DNA of 64,000 nucleotides. Source: an uncultured Thermoleophilaceae bacterium. Lineage in GTDB: Bacteria > Actinomycetota > Thermoleophilia > Solirubrobacterales > Thermoleophilaceae. Positions 36,558 through 45,472 of this stretch are shown one piece after another (the first letter of the stretch is position 1; every line of letters begins with the position of its first letter). The notes beneath the pieces are model-generated. The model was not told where the DNA came from, ran no database searches, and was given only the letters and a program-made list of their open reading frames with translations. Both the position numbers and the translations under genes were made by a program. The stretch is from assembly GCA_963846505.1 (NCBI GenBank), contig CAWJWD010000006.1:408606-472605 (forward strand), written 5' to 3'.

Positions 36558-37579
36558 CAGGGCGCCACGGCGTCGGGCGTCGAGGACCGGGGACGTTCCG
36601 CCCGGCGGGGACCGACCGGTTCGTGCGCGTAGAAGCTGCGGCGCATGCGCAGGCTGTCCGCGAACGTCGCGCCGTCGACGTCGGCCGCTGTCGGCCGCGC
36701 GTGACGCGGCAGGCCCGCACCCGCCCGCCAGCCGGCGACGCGGCCGCGCAGGGCGGCCAGGTCGCGCGACACGACCGCGTCGCCGGCGACGGCGAGCGCC
36801 TCCGTCAGCAGCGCCCGCCCAGCGGCGCGCGAGCGCAACACGCCGTAGCGGCGCAGCAAATACCCACGACCAAAGCCGCCCAGCCGCCGGGACGAGGCGG
36901 AGCGGTGGCCGTGCGTCGCCGAGCCCAGGTGCACGGCGACCGCGTCGAGCGCCATCGCCGTCCGCCAGCCGGCGGCGCTCAACCGCAGCAGCAGGTCGAA
37001 GTCCTCGTAGTAGGCGAAGATCGTGGGGTCGAGGCCGCCGACCTGGTCCCAGGCGCTGCGACGAAACGCCGCCGCGCCGCCACCGGGACCGATCAGCACC
37101 GGCTCGTCGGCCCGCGCGGCTGCGGGCTCGTGACCGTGCCAGCGCGGGAACGGCGCGAGCGTCCGGTCGGCCAGCATCCCCGCGCTGTCGATCGCCTGCT
37201 CGCCCGGGCGCAACAGCAGCGGCGCCGCCGAGCCCACCTCGGCGTCGGCCTCCAGCGGCGCGACCAGCCGCTCGAGGAAGTCCGGTCGCACGTCGACGTC
37301 GTTGTTGAGGGTCACGACGACGTCGGCGTCGCCGGCCGCCACCGCGGCGTTGCAGGCGACGGGGTAGGGCATGTTGCGCTCCAGCCGCTGCACCTCGACG
37401 TCGGGAAAGTCCGCGCGCGCCCGTTCGGCAGTGCCTTCGTCGCAGCCGTTGTCGCAGAGATGGACCCGGTGGGGACGCGTCTGGGCCTGCAGGTGCTCGA
37501 GGCAGCTGCGCGTCAGGTCCCAGCGCCGATAGGCGACCAGGGCGATGTCGATCGAGAGCGGCAGCTCAGCTCCCGGCAC
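36557..37579 (-). CDS. glycosyltransferase family 2 (paralogue 2 of 3)
   Basis: LSIDIALVAYRRWDLTRSCLEHLQAQT ... CDNGCDEGT ... LNNDVD with the same C-terminal module. The start is uncertain: GTG 37579 (14-nt overlap) is chosen over the track start 37648. Confidence 0.85.
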   Translation of the reverse strand: MPGAELPLSIDIALVAYRRWDLTRSCLEHLQAQTRPHRVHLCDNGCDEGTAERARADFPDVEVQRLERNMPYPVACNAAVAAGDADVVVTLNNDVDVRPDFLERLVAPLEADAEVGSAAPLLLRPGEQAIDSAGMLADRTLAPFPRWHGHEPAAARADEPVLIGPGGGAAAFRRSAWDQVGGLDPTIFAYYEDFDLLLRLSAAGWRTAMALDAVAVHLGSATHGHRSASSRRLGGFGRGYLLRRYGVLRSRAAGRALLTEALAVAGDAVVSRDLAALRGRVAGWRAGAGLPRHARPTAADVDGATFADSLRMRRSFYAHEPVGPRRAERPRSSTPDAVAP

Positions 37580-38525
37580 CTGCGGTGTGCGAGACGTCCA
37601 GCGCGTCGCCGGGCGATCTCGCCCGCGCCTGGTCGCGCCACCAGGCAAAGGTGGTGGCCAGCCCCTCGGAGAGCCCGATGCGCGGGCGAAAGCCGACCTC
37701 GTCGCGCAGGCGGGTGGTGTCGGCCAACAACTCCTCGGGATCGCCCGGCCGTTGCGGCAGGGCGCCGACGTCGAGCAGCTCCTTGCGCCCGGAAACCTCG
37801 CCCAGCGTGTCGATCAGCGCGCGCAGCGGGGGCGCCTGGCCCGAGCCGATGTTGATCGGCCCGCAGGCGTCGGAGTCGACCAGCGCCGCGAACGCCCCGC
37901 CCACGTCGGAGACGTGGAGGAAGTCTCGTCGCTGCGTCCCGGCGCTGGTCCCGACCCGCTCTCCGCTCGCGAGCCCGTGCGCGACCGCGGCCACGAGTCG
38001 GCGCTTGTCCTCGTCCGGGCCGTAGAGGAAGAACACCCGGCCCCAGCCGACGCTGAGCTCGAGCTCGACCGCAGCCCCCTCGACGACCGCCCGGGTCGCG
38101 TCCTTGGTGATCCCGTAGAGCGTCGCCGGACATCGGGGAGACGTGCGCTCGACACGTGGCCCCGGCGACCCCCACTCGTACTCGGCACAACTACCGGCGA
38201 AGACGGCTCGCTTCCCGCCGAAGGCGGCGAAGGTGCGCACGAGCGCAAGCGTCGCCTCGACCCAGAGCACGTTCTCCAGCGAGGACCAGCAGCGTCCGGG
38301 CTCGGTGCACCAGGCCAGATGGAGCAGTCGCTCGGGGGCCACCTCGGCGACCACCCCGGCAGGGTCGACGAGCAGGTCGCGCTGGTGCCACGTCACGCCC
38401 GGCGGCGAGCCTGTGACCGGCGGGCGCCGGGAGGCGACGTGCACTTCGTGACCGGCTTCGGCGAGCGCGGCGACCGCGTGCCGCCCGATGAAGCCCGTGC
38501 CGCCCGTCACGAGCACTCGGCTCAT
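37566..38525 (-). CDS. NAD-dependent epimerase/dehydratase-family reductase (paralogue A)
   Basis: MSRVLVTGGTGFIGRHAV ... YGITKDATR (YxxxK). By eye about two thirds identical to the 45473-46381 product. Confidence 0.9.
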   Translation of the reverse strand: MSRVLVTGGTGFIGRHAVAALAEAGHEVHVASRRPPVTGSPPGVTWHQRDLLVDPAGVVAEVAPERLLHLAWCTEPGRCWSSLENVLWVEATLALVRTFAAFGGKRAVFAGSCAEYEWGSPGPRVERTSPRCPATLYGITKDATRAVVEGAAVELELSVGWGRVFFLYGPDEDKRRLVAAVAHGLASGERVGTSAGTQRRDFLHVSDVGGAFAALVDSDACGPINIGSGQAPPLRALIDTLGEVSGRKELLDVGALPQRPGDPEELLADTTRLRDEVGFRPRIGLSEGLATTFAWWRDQARARSPGDALDVSHTAGAGS

Positions 38526-38555
38526 GGCCCTTCCTCACCGGACGGATGCCATCCC

Positions 38556-38585
38556 ATAATCGTTGCATCTTAATAGATCAAACAA
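38556..38585 (-). promoter_or_regulatory. candidate internal promoter (TTGTTT-N18-GATTAT on the minus strand) in a 75-nt AT-rich spacer
   Basis: Hexamer match only. The spacer 38526-38600 is about 40% GC by hand count. GGTGAGGAAGGG precedes ATG 38525. Confidence 0.2.
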
Positions 38586-38600
38586 GCTATTTCGACTAAA

Positions 38601-40085
38601 TCAGTCCTTGTGATTCGGCGAGTCTCGAGGCGCCGCGCGGAAGGGCAGCAGTTCCAGGACCTCCTCCGGCACCGCGCGCACGAGCAGGACCAGCAGCGCA
38701 TAGGCGCCCAGCCCCAAGACGGTCGCGACGACCGCGGGCAGCGGCGCCAATGCCAGCGCGGCGCACGGCAACGCCACGACGAGCGCGCGCAGCGCGCTGG
38801 AGAAGCCGGGAGCGACGCTCGGCGCGCTCCGGCGCAGCGCGATCCAATAGGAGATCGCCAGCGTGCTCTCGCCGATCACCGTGCCCAGCGCGGCCCCTTC
38901 GGGGCCGAAGGCAGCCGCGAGCGACGTGACGCCGGCCAACGTGACCAACAACGCGGTGCTGTTGGCGATCAGCAGGGCGCGATGGAGGTGCATCGACAAC
39001 AGCGCGAAGCCGAGCGGCGCGAGCACGAAGGTCGCCGTCATCGTCACGCCGAGGATCCGCAGCGGTCCCACCGCTCCGGCGAAGCTGGCGCCCGCCATCA
39101 CGTCGATGATCACGGGCGCGCCGAGGACCACTCCGAGCGCGGCGGCCAGGCCGACGACGCTCGCCGCGTCGAGCAGCCGCTGCACCGCGTACGCCAGCCG
39201 GTCGCGGTCGTCCCGCGCGGCCCGGGAGAGCAGCGGGAACGCGACGGACACGATCAGCCCCGGAACCGCTCCGGCGATCACGAAGACGCGGAAGGCCGCC
39301 GAGAAGAGGCCGGTCTCCTCGCCGTTGGTGACCGCCGCCGTCAAGATCTGCGCCGCATAGAGGTAGATCGTGCCGACCGTGGTCGCGGCGGCGAAGGCGG
39401 CGGCGGCGCGCAGCAGCCGCGCCCACTCCGCCGGCTGCAGCGACGGGCGCAGCGGCATCTGGCCGCGCACCAGCAGCGCCACGACGACCACCAGGATCAC
39501 CCCGACCGGGACGGGCACGGCGAGGAAGGCCACCACGCCCGCCCCAGCCAGCACGAGCAGCCCGTAGGCGCCGACGGTCAGCAGCTGGCGCAGGACGTCG
39601 ACGGCCGTCAGGGTGACGTTGCGCATGCCGACCATGAGCGGGATCGTCAGGGTCGTCAGCAGCACCAGCAAGCCCAGGCCCACGCCCGCGAGCGCGACGC
39701 CGAGCAGCAACTCGCGGTCATAGCCGATCGCAGCCGCGATCGAGATCGAGATCACGATGCCGAGCACGGTCAGCGCCATCCGCAAGCCCAGCAACGCCCG
39801 CATCAGCCGGTCGCGATCGGGGCCGCTGCGTTGGGCGAACTCGCGCACGCCGAGCGCCGACATCCCGACGTCGGTCAGCGATCCGACGATCAAGATGAGC
39901 GAGACCACGGTCTGGAAGCGGCCGAAGTCGACCACGCCCAAGTGCCGCGTCAGCAACACCACGCCGAGCAGCGCGATCAGCGTCGACGCCACGTAGCCGG
40001 CGGTGCGCACGATCCCACCGCGGATCACGAGGCCACCCGCCTCGCTGGTGTCGAGCACGTCCTGCGGTGGCTCTTGACTAGCCAC
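38601..40085 (-). CDS. MOP-superfamily polysaccharide flippase (Wzx-like), copy 1
   Basis: About 12-14 TM helices. Typical N-terminus GGLVIRGGIVRTAGYVASTLIALLGVVLLTRHLGVVDFGRF. GTG 40085 lies 2 nt after the upstream stop. Confidence 0.85.
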   Translation of the reverse strand: MASQEPPQDVLDTSEAGGLVIRGGIVRTAGYVASTLIALLGVVLLTRHLGVVDFGRFQTVVSLILIVGSLTDVGMSALGVREFAQRSGPDRDRLMRALLGLRMALTVLGIVISISIAAAIGYDRELLLGVALAGVGLGLLVLLTTLTIPLMVGMRNVTLTAVDVLRQLLTVGAYGLLVLAGAGVVAFLAVPVPVGVILVVVVALLVRGQMPLRPSLQPAEWARLLRAAAAFAAATTVGTIYLYAAQILTAAVTNGEETGLFSAAFRVFVIAGAVPGLIVSVAFPLLSRAARDDRDRLAYAVQRLLDAASVVGLAAALGVVLGAPVIIDVMAGASFAGAVGPLRILGVTMTATFVLAPLGFALLSMHLHRALLIANSTALLVTLAGVTSLAAAFGPEGAALGTVIGESTLAISYWIALRRSAPSVAPGFSSALRALVVALPCAALALAPLPAVVATVLGLGAYALLVLLVRAVPEEVLELLPFRAAPRDSPNHKD

Positions 40086-40087
40086 GC

Positions 40088-41257
40088 TCAGATACGCACG
40101 GCGGCACGCGGCTGGCGCGCCTCGATCCAGGCGCTGAACTCCACGATGTCGGATACCTCGGCCACCGGCCGCATCCCGGGCCACAATGCCGACGTCGCCG
40201 CCCCGCCGCCCAGCGCGAGCCGCCGCCGCAGCTTGCCGGGCCGGACGCGCTTGGCCAGCAGGCGCGTGAGCCCGAGCACGTCGCCGCCGGTCAGCTGGCG
40301 CAGCCGCCCGAGCATCTGACGCGGCGCCAGTGATCCAAGCCGTAGCTGGACGTACCAGGAGTAGGCCTGCTGCCAGACGTACTCATCGCGATCGATCTCG
40401 ACCCCCGGCAGAGCCACGGCGAAGTCGGCCTGCAAGGCGAGCAGCGTCTCGTAGTGGCCGTTCATGACCTCGCTGCCAGGCAGGCGCCCCTCGAAGCGAG
40501 GATCGATCCCGAGATAGCCCTGCGCCCGCTCGACGGACTCGCTCGAGTGCACCGTGAGCCCGAACGACTTCGGCGACACGCCGATCACGACGAGCCGCTC
40601 GGACGACACAGCACACCGAGCCGCGGTCAGGAGTAGGCCACCGAACGCGTAGAAGTCTGGGAACGGCGGTTTGAACAGTCCATCCGGCAGCCCCACCAGA
40701 GCCCGCCGGGCGACCAGGGCCGTCTGCATGTTGAGCGGGATCGGAAAGTCGAACCGAAAGAGGTCTGCGACGATGCCGCGACGGTCGGCGACCGACAGCA
40801 TGCCGTTGGCTGGCAGCGACCCGGCGGGCTCGGCAAACGAATCCGTGTAGTGGCTGACCGCGCTGCCGGTGAAACCGGGAAACGCGAACGCGTATGCGTT
40901 GTAGAGCAGGAAATCGGGGTCGTCGTAGCGGGCGAGCAGGGCATCGGCGCGGTCGAAATAGCCCGGCAGCAGCACGTCGTCGTCGCCGATCAAGGTGATC
41001 CGCTCGCCGCTGCTCACCGCCAACGCGGCATTCCAGTTGTCCGTCACCTCCAACGGCTGATCCTGGCGTAGAACCCGCACCCGCGGATCGTCTGCGTAAC
41101 GGGCGATGATCTCAGGTGCGGCGTCCGAGCTCGCGTTGTCAGAGATCACCAACTCGAAGTCCTCGTAGGGCTGGTCGAGCACCGAGCGGATGCAGCCGTC
41201 GAGCAGATCCCCCCCATTGCGCGTGGGAAGCAGCACCGAGTAGCGGGGAGTAGTCAT
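40088..41257 (-). CDS. glycosyltransferase family 2
   Basis: ATG 41257 (ATGA overlap). Contains YSVLLPTRNGGDLLDGCIRSVLDQ ... LVISDNASSD ... IGDDD. Confidence 0.88.
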   Translation of the reverse strand: MTTPRYSVLLPTRNGGDLLDGCIRSVLDQPYEDFELVISDNASSDAAPEIIARYADDPRVRVLRQDQPLEVTDNWNAALAVSSGERITLIGDDDVLLPGYFDRADALLARYDDPDFLLYNAYAFAFPGFTGSAVSHYTDSFAEPAGSLPANGMLSVADRRGIVADLFRFDFPIPLNMQTALVARRALVGLPDGLFKPPFPDFYAFGGLLLTAARCAVSSERLVVIGVSPKSFGLTVHSSESVERAQGYLGIDPRFEGRLPGSEVMNGHYETLLALQADFAVALPGVEIDRDEYVWQQAYSWYVQLRLGSLAPRQMLGRLRQLTGGDVLGLTRLLAKRVRPGKLRRRLALGGGAATSALWPGMRPVAEVSDIVEFSAWIEARQPRAAVRI

Positions 41258-42192
41258 GCCTCGCCCTTGACGAAGACCGCCGTATACGCCGCGCCGCGCA
41301 TGCCGGTGTGCTCGACGGGCCGCAGCGCGAGGGTCATGCCCAAAGCGACGAGCTCGACCGACTTGGGCGCCGGGCCAGCCGCCGGCCGCCTGCGCAAGCC
41401 GTACTCCCACCCGAACCGGTTCCAGTGCCTTCCCGAAGGGTCCGACGTGGTCACCGCGACCTGGCGCAGGCCCGTGGACGCCAGTCGCTCACGAAGCGCC
41501 TCCAGCGGTACGAGCGTGAGATGACGAGGCGCATCGACGTGCGCCCATCGCGCTCCGAGAACGCGGAACTGCAGCGAACCGGGATTTGGCGTACCCAACG
41601 CGAGCACCCCTCCCGGCTCGAGGTTCGCGGCCGCCGCGGTCAACACCCCCGCCGGATCCGGTAGGTGCTCGAGCACGTGCCACATCGCGATCGCGCGCGA
41701 CGGCGGAAGTCCGGCCAGCACGGTCGCGGGATCGTCGCTGTTGATCGCTCGTACACCAACCGCATCGCGCAGGTGGTCGCAGGCACGAGCATCCATCTCG
41801 ATCGCCGTCACGTCGAAGCCGGCCCGGCGTGCAGCGTACGCGAAGACGCCCTCTCCCGGACCGATCTCGACGAGCCGCCCGGGCTCGACCCGTGCCCGCA
41901 GGAAGGCGACCTTGTGTGCCTCGGTCGGAATCAGGCGGTCCAGCTCTTCCGCCGGTGGGAGGCGGTAGTAGGACGGTGGGTAGAAGCGCCCGAGATCACG
42001 GGGCACGTCGACCAGCGAAAGCGTCGCGCAGTCGAGGCAACGGCGGTAGCAGAAGCGCTCGTCGCTCAACTCGCGGTTGCGGTCGAAGGCCTCCAAGCCA
42101 TGCTCGGTTCGCCCACCACAGAGTCGGCACCTTGCCGCTTCGACTCGGCCCTCACCCGTTTGAGCAGAGAGGTTCTCGATGGCGTTCGTCAT
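41254..42192 (-). CDS. class I SAM-dependent methyltransferase with an N-terminal Cys4 zinc ribbon
   Basis: ATG 42192 (ATGA overlap). Contains CRLCGG...CYRRCLDC, then VEIGPGEGVFAYAA (motif I) and LEPGGVLALGTPN. Confidence 0.88.
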   Translation of the reverse strand: MTNAIENLSAQTGEGRVEAARCRLCGGRTEHGLEAFDRNRELSDERFCYRRCLDCATLSLVDVPRDLGRFYPPSYYRLPPAEELDRLIPTEAHKVAFLRARVEPGRLVEIGPGEGVFAYAARRAGFDVTAIEMDARACDHLRDAVGVRAINSDDPATVLAGLPPSRAIAMWHVLEHLPDPAGVLTAAAANLEPGGVLALGTPNPGSLQFRVLGARWAHVDAPRHLTLVPLEALRERLASTGLRQVAVTTSDPSGRHWNRFGWEYGLRRRPAAGPAPKSVELVALGMTLALRPVEHTGMRGAAYTAVFVKGEA

Positions 42193-43172
42193 CGGGCGGC
42201 CCCCACCGTAGACGATCGCCCGGTCTCGGACGACCAACCGCGACTACCCCAGGCATAGCGAGCCAGCGCTTGCCGGTCGGCTTCCGACGCCCGGTCGTAG
42301 GCACGGGTTTGGTTGTCCGCCACAAGCAGGTCGCGCTGCGCGCCCTGCCAGTAGATCTCGCGCTCCGGCCACTGCTCGGGTGCGAGCGGCTCACCGTCCC
42401 GCCCGACTATCAGCGACGCGAGGCCACGCCGCCGCAGCTGCTCGGTGAGACTCGAGCTGCCAGCTTCGAGGCGGTAGTTGGCAGCCTTGCTCCCCAGCCG
42501 GCCGGAGCGCAACGACAGCAGCAACCCGCGCTCTACGAGAAACGCGTTCGTCCGAACGTGCGGAGCGGGAAAGCCGCGATGGCCCACGATCTCGTTGCCG
42601 AGCCCGCCGACCGTCTCGATCAGGCGTCCCAGCGATCGGCGTTCGCCGCTGGCCCCCGAGCCGCCGGCTCCTGAGTCAGCCGCACCTGCGAGGGCCGTAC
42701 CCATCGCGGCACGGCTGCCAAGCGACCCCCGGTAGCCGTTCGGCAGGCGCAGCAGCCAGAGCGCGAACGATCGGTGGCTCCCCCACGATCCGGTCGCTCC
42801 GGTCACTCCCGCCCCGTGCGTCTCGAGCCCACGGGCCAGGAGCGCGAGCCAGCCGGATACCAGGATCGTGCTGTACGAGTTGAGGAAGCAGAGGCGCGGA
42901 TGCGGCAGCGCCCTGGCTGCGGCCCCATAGGCCGCAAGATCCAAGCCGCGGTCGTCGACGAACAGCTCATGCGCGGAGAGACCGGCGGCCTGGCGACGGT
43001 AGGGGGTGAGCTCGTCCGCGTCGGCAAAGCCCTTGAACAGCAAGACGAGCTCATGCGGCTCGCCGGCCTCGTGCGCGCGATGGGAGGCCAGGAAGCGCTC
43101 GAACGGTTCGAGCCCGTTGGCCCGCCGCACGAGATGGACGATCGCAGTACCGGTGCTCACAGCGAGGGCCAT
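42189..43172 (-). CDS. hypothetical protein conserved within the glycan operon, no recognisable motif
   Basis: Coding-type composition and translationally coupled on both sides. The start is ATG 43172 or GTG 43160 (GTGA overlap). There is an internal Gly/Ser/Ala-rich insert. Confidence 0.65.
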   Translation of the reverse strand: MALAVSTGTAIVHLVRRANGLEPFERFLASHRAHEAGEPHELVLLFKGFADADELTPYRRQAAGLSAHELFVDDRGLDLAAYGAAARALPHPRLCFLNSYSTILVSGWLALLARGLETHGAGVTGATGSWGSHRSFALWLLRLPNGYRGSLGSRAAMGTALAGAADSGAGGSGASGERRSLGRLIETVGGLGNEIVGHRGFPAPHVRTNAFLVERGLLLSLRSGRLGSKAANYRLEAGSSSLTEQLRRRGLASLIVGRDGEPLAPEQWPEREIYWQGAQRDLLVADNQTRAYDRASEADRQALARYAWGSRGWSSETGRSSTVGAAR

Positions 43173-44476
43173 GGGACACGTGCCAGCTCGAGCGAGCGCC
43201 GAGTGACTCGGTAGCCCGTGCTGCGCGCCATGTGCCCCGGACGCCGAGCGGCGGGACGGCCCTCTTCGCTCAAGCGAGGAGGACGCTCGCCCGACCGCAG
43301 CCAGCGACGCAAGGGCTCCGCGACGACCGGCCACGCATATTGCGCCGCGACACGCTGCAAGCCGGCTGCGAATGCCGGCCGTCCTCGCCCCAGCACGTGC
43401 TCGAGGCCACGAGCGACTCCTTCGTGGTCGCCAGTGGGCACCACGGCACCGAGACCATCGCGATCGACCCGCTCGGCGAGCTCATCGCCTTCGGTGCAGA
43501 CCAGAGGCAGTCCTGTCCAGAAGCAGTCGAGGAAGCGCGTGCGAAAGGCATAGCGAGCCTCGAGCCTGTCGAGCCCGACGGCAAGCGCGCAGTCCGCTTC
43601 GAGCAACCAGGTCGCGCGCTCGTCGTATGGGACCCAACCGTCGGCGAACAGGACGCTGGAACCGAGCAGCCCGAGCGATGCCGCCAGCGAGCGCACCGCG
43701 TCCGTGGTGTCGTGCGCCGTCACCGAGGCGCCGCCGCTCATGAACACGAGCTTCACCCGCGGCCGACGCTCGACCAGCGCAGCGATCGCGCGCACGGCAG
43801 TGGCGGCGTCGAACCATCGCCACAGGCCACCGTTCCACAACACCAGTTCGTCGTCGTCGGCAAGGCCGAAGCGAGCCCGCGGCCCTTGCCCGCGCGCCTG
43901 CGGTGGTTCTGCCGGAGCTCCGAAGGACAACGGCTCCAGCACGTCGTGCAGGCTGGGATCGCGGTCGTAGGTGGCGGGTGTGATCAAACGCTGCCCGAGC
44001 AGGGCGCCGACCCAGAGATCGCGCTGGGCTTGGCCGGCGCAGACGAAGTGATGGCCGGTGCGCAGTGCATCCTCGAGCCGGTCGAGCGTGAGGGCGTTGG
44101 TGAGCCGCCGGAGCGCCCAGCGCCCGTTGGCGAACGTCTCCAGCGTCTCGAGCGTCTCTGGGCAGTAGAGGTCGACCACCACGCGCGCGTCGGAGTCGCG
44201 CAGCCATTTCGAGACGACCGGCCACTGAGGCGGGGCCACGATCATGTCCGCGGCTGCGATCTCGCCAGCGAGATCGCGCGGCGAGTGCGGCAGATAACTG
44301 GTCACCCGCACGCCGTCCGGCGCAGCACCTCCGCCGGGATCGCCGGATGCGACGACGACTTCCGCCTCCGTCGCGAGCACTCGTGCCAGCTCGGTGTAGC
44401 GAATGCCGAGCCCGCGCATGCGCTCACCGACCGCATCCGGCGAGATGAAGAGGATCCGCTTGTGGCCCTCGGCCAT
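43157..44476 (-). CDS. glycosyltransferase (GT-B fold, GT1/GT4-like)
   Basis: MAEGHKRILFISPDAVGERMRGLGIRYTELARVL ... the C-terminal lobe carries LEADCALAV ... FWTGLPLVCTEGDELAERV. Confidence 0.85.
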   Translation of the reverse strand: MAEGHKRILFISPDAVGERMRGLGIRYTELARVLATEAEVVVASGDPGGGAAPDGVRVTSYLPHSPRDLAGEIAAADMIVAPPQWPVVSKWLRDSDARVVVDLYCPETLETLETFANGRWALRRLTNALTLDRLEDALRTGHHFVCAGQAQRDLWVGALLGQRLITPATYDRDPSLHDVLEPLSFGAPAEPPQARGQGPRARFGLADDDELVLWNGGLWRWFDAATAVRAIAALVERRPRVKLVFMSGGASVTAHDTTDAVRSLAASLGLLGSSVLFADGWVPYDERATWLLEADCALAVGLDRLEARYAFRTRFLDCFWTGLPLVCTEGDELAERVDRDGLGAVVPTGDHEGVARGLEHVLGRGRPAFAAGLQRVAAQYAWPVVAEPLRRWLRSGERPPRLSEEGRPAARRPGHMARSTGYRVTRRSLELARVPWPSL

Positions 44477-45435
44477 CAGGCGGCTTTGCGCGCGTAGACG
44501 CCCCGGCGGCGCCGCAAGCTGTCAGCGAACGAGATGTCGTTGTCGACGACATCATCCGCCGGCAGCGGATGGCGGGGCGCATCAGCGCCAGCACGCCAGC
44601 CCTCGATCCGTCCTCGCAAGGCTGCCGCGTCGCGGGAGACGACGAGATCGCCCGCGACGATCAACGCCTCGGTGGCGAGAGTCCGCAACGCCGCGCCGGA
44701 GCGCAGCACGCCGTAGCGCCGCAGGAGATATCCACGCCCGAAGGCGGCGCTCCGTCGCGACGCTGTTGAGCGGTGCCCAAAGGTCGCCGAGCCGACGTGC
44801 ACCGCGACCGCGTCGAGCGCAAGCGCGACGCCCCAGCCTGCGTTGCGCAGCCGCACGCCGAGGTCGAAATCCTCCATGTAGGCCAGGATCGTCTCGTCTA
44901 GACCCCCCACCTGTTCCCAGGCGACGCGCCGAAACGCCGCCGCGGCGCCTGCGGGAGCGGTCAGGACGGGCTCGGCGTCGCTGACGAGCGCGGGGTCATG
45001 TCCCTGCCAGCGGGGAAAGGCCGCCAGGGTACGGTCTGCGACCAGCCCGGCGCTGTCCACCGCCTGCGCCCCGGGCTGCACCAGCAAGGGCGCGACCGAC
45101 CCGATCAGCGAGTCGGCCTCGAGCGGCGCGACCAAGCGCTCGACGAAGTCGGGACGGGCGTCGACGTCGTTGTTCATCATCACCACGAAGTCGCCGTCGC
45201 CCGCGGCCACGGCGCGATTGCACGCGACCGCGTACGGCATGTTGCGCTCGAGCCGCAGCACGTGGACCTCCGGGAAGTCCGCTCGCACGCGTTCGGCGGT
45301 GCCCTCGTCGCAGCCGTTGTCGCAGAGGTACACCTGATGCGCGTACGTCTGTGCTCGGAGGTGCTCGAGGCAGCTACGCGTCAGATCCCAGCGCCGGTAG
45401 GCGACGAGCGCGATGTCAATCGACAACGAACTCAT
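44476..45435 (-). CDS. glycosyltransferase family 2 (paralogue 3 of 3)
   Basis: MSSLSIDIALVAYRRWDLTRSCLEHLRAQT ... CDNGCDEGT ... MNNDVD, with the same C-terminal module as 35601 and 36557. Confidence 0.9.
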   Translation of the reverse strand: MSSLSIDIALVAYRRWDLTRSCLEHLRAQTYAHQVYLCDNGCDEGTAERVRADFPEVHVLRLERNMPYAVACNRAVAAGDGDFVVMMNNDVDARPDFVERLVAPLEADSLIGSVAPLLVQPGAQAVDSAGLVADRTLAAFPRWQGHDPALVSDAEPVLTAPAGAAAAFRRVAWEQVGGLDETILAYMEDFDLGVRLRNAGWGVALALDAVAVHVGSATFGHRSTASRRSAAFGRGYLLRRYGVLRSGAALRTLATEALIVAGDLVVSRDAAALRGRIEGWRAGADAPRHPLPADDVVDNDISFADSLRRRRGVYARKAA

Positions 45436-45472
45436 TGCTGGCCTGACCTCACGATACAGCGATGCGAGCGCA

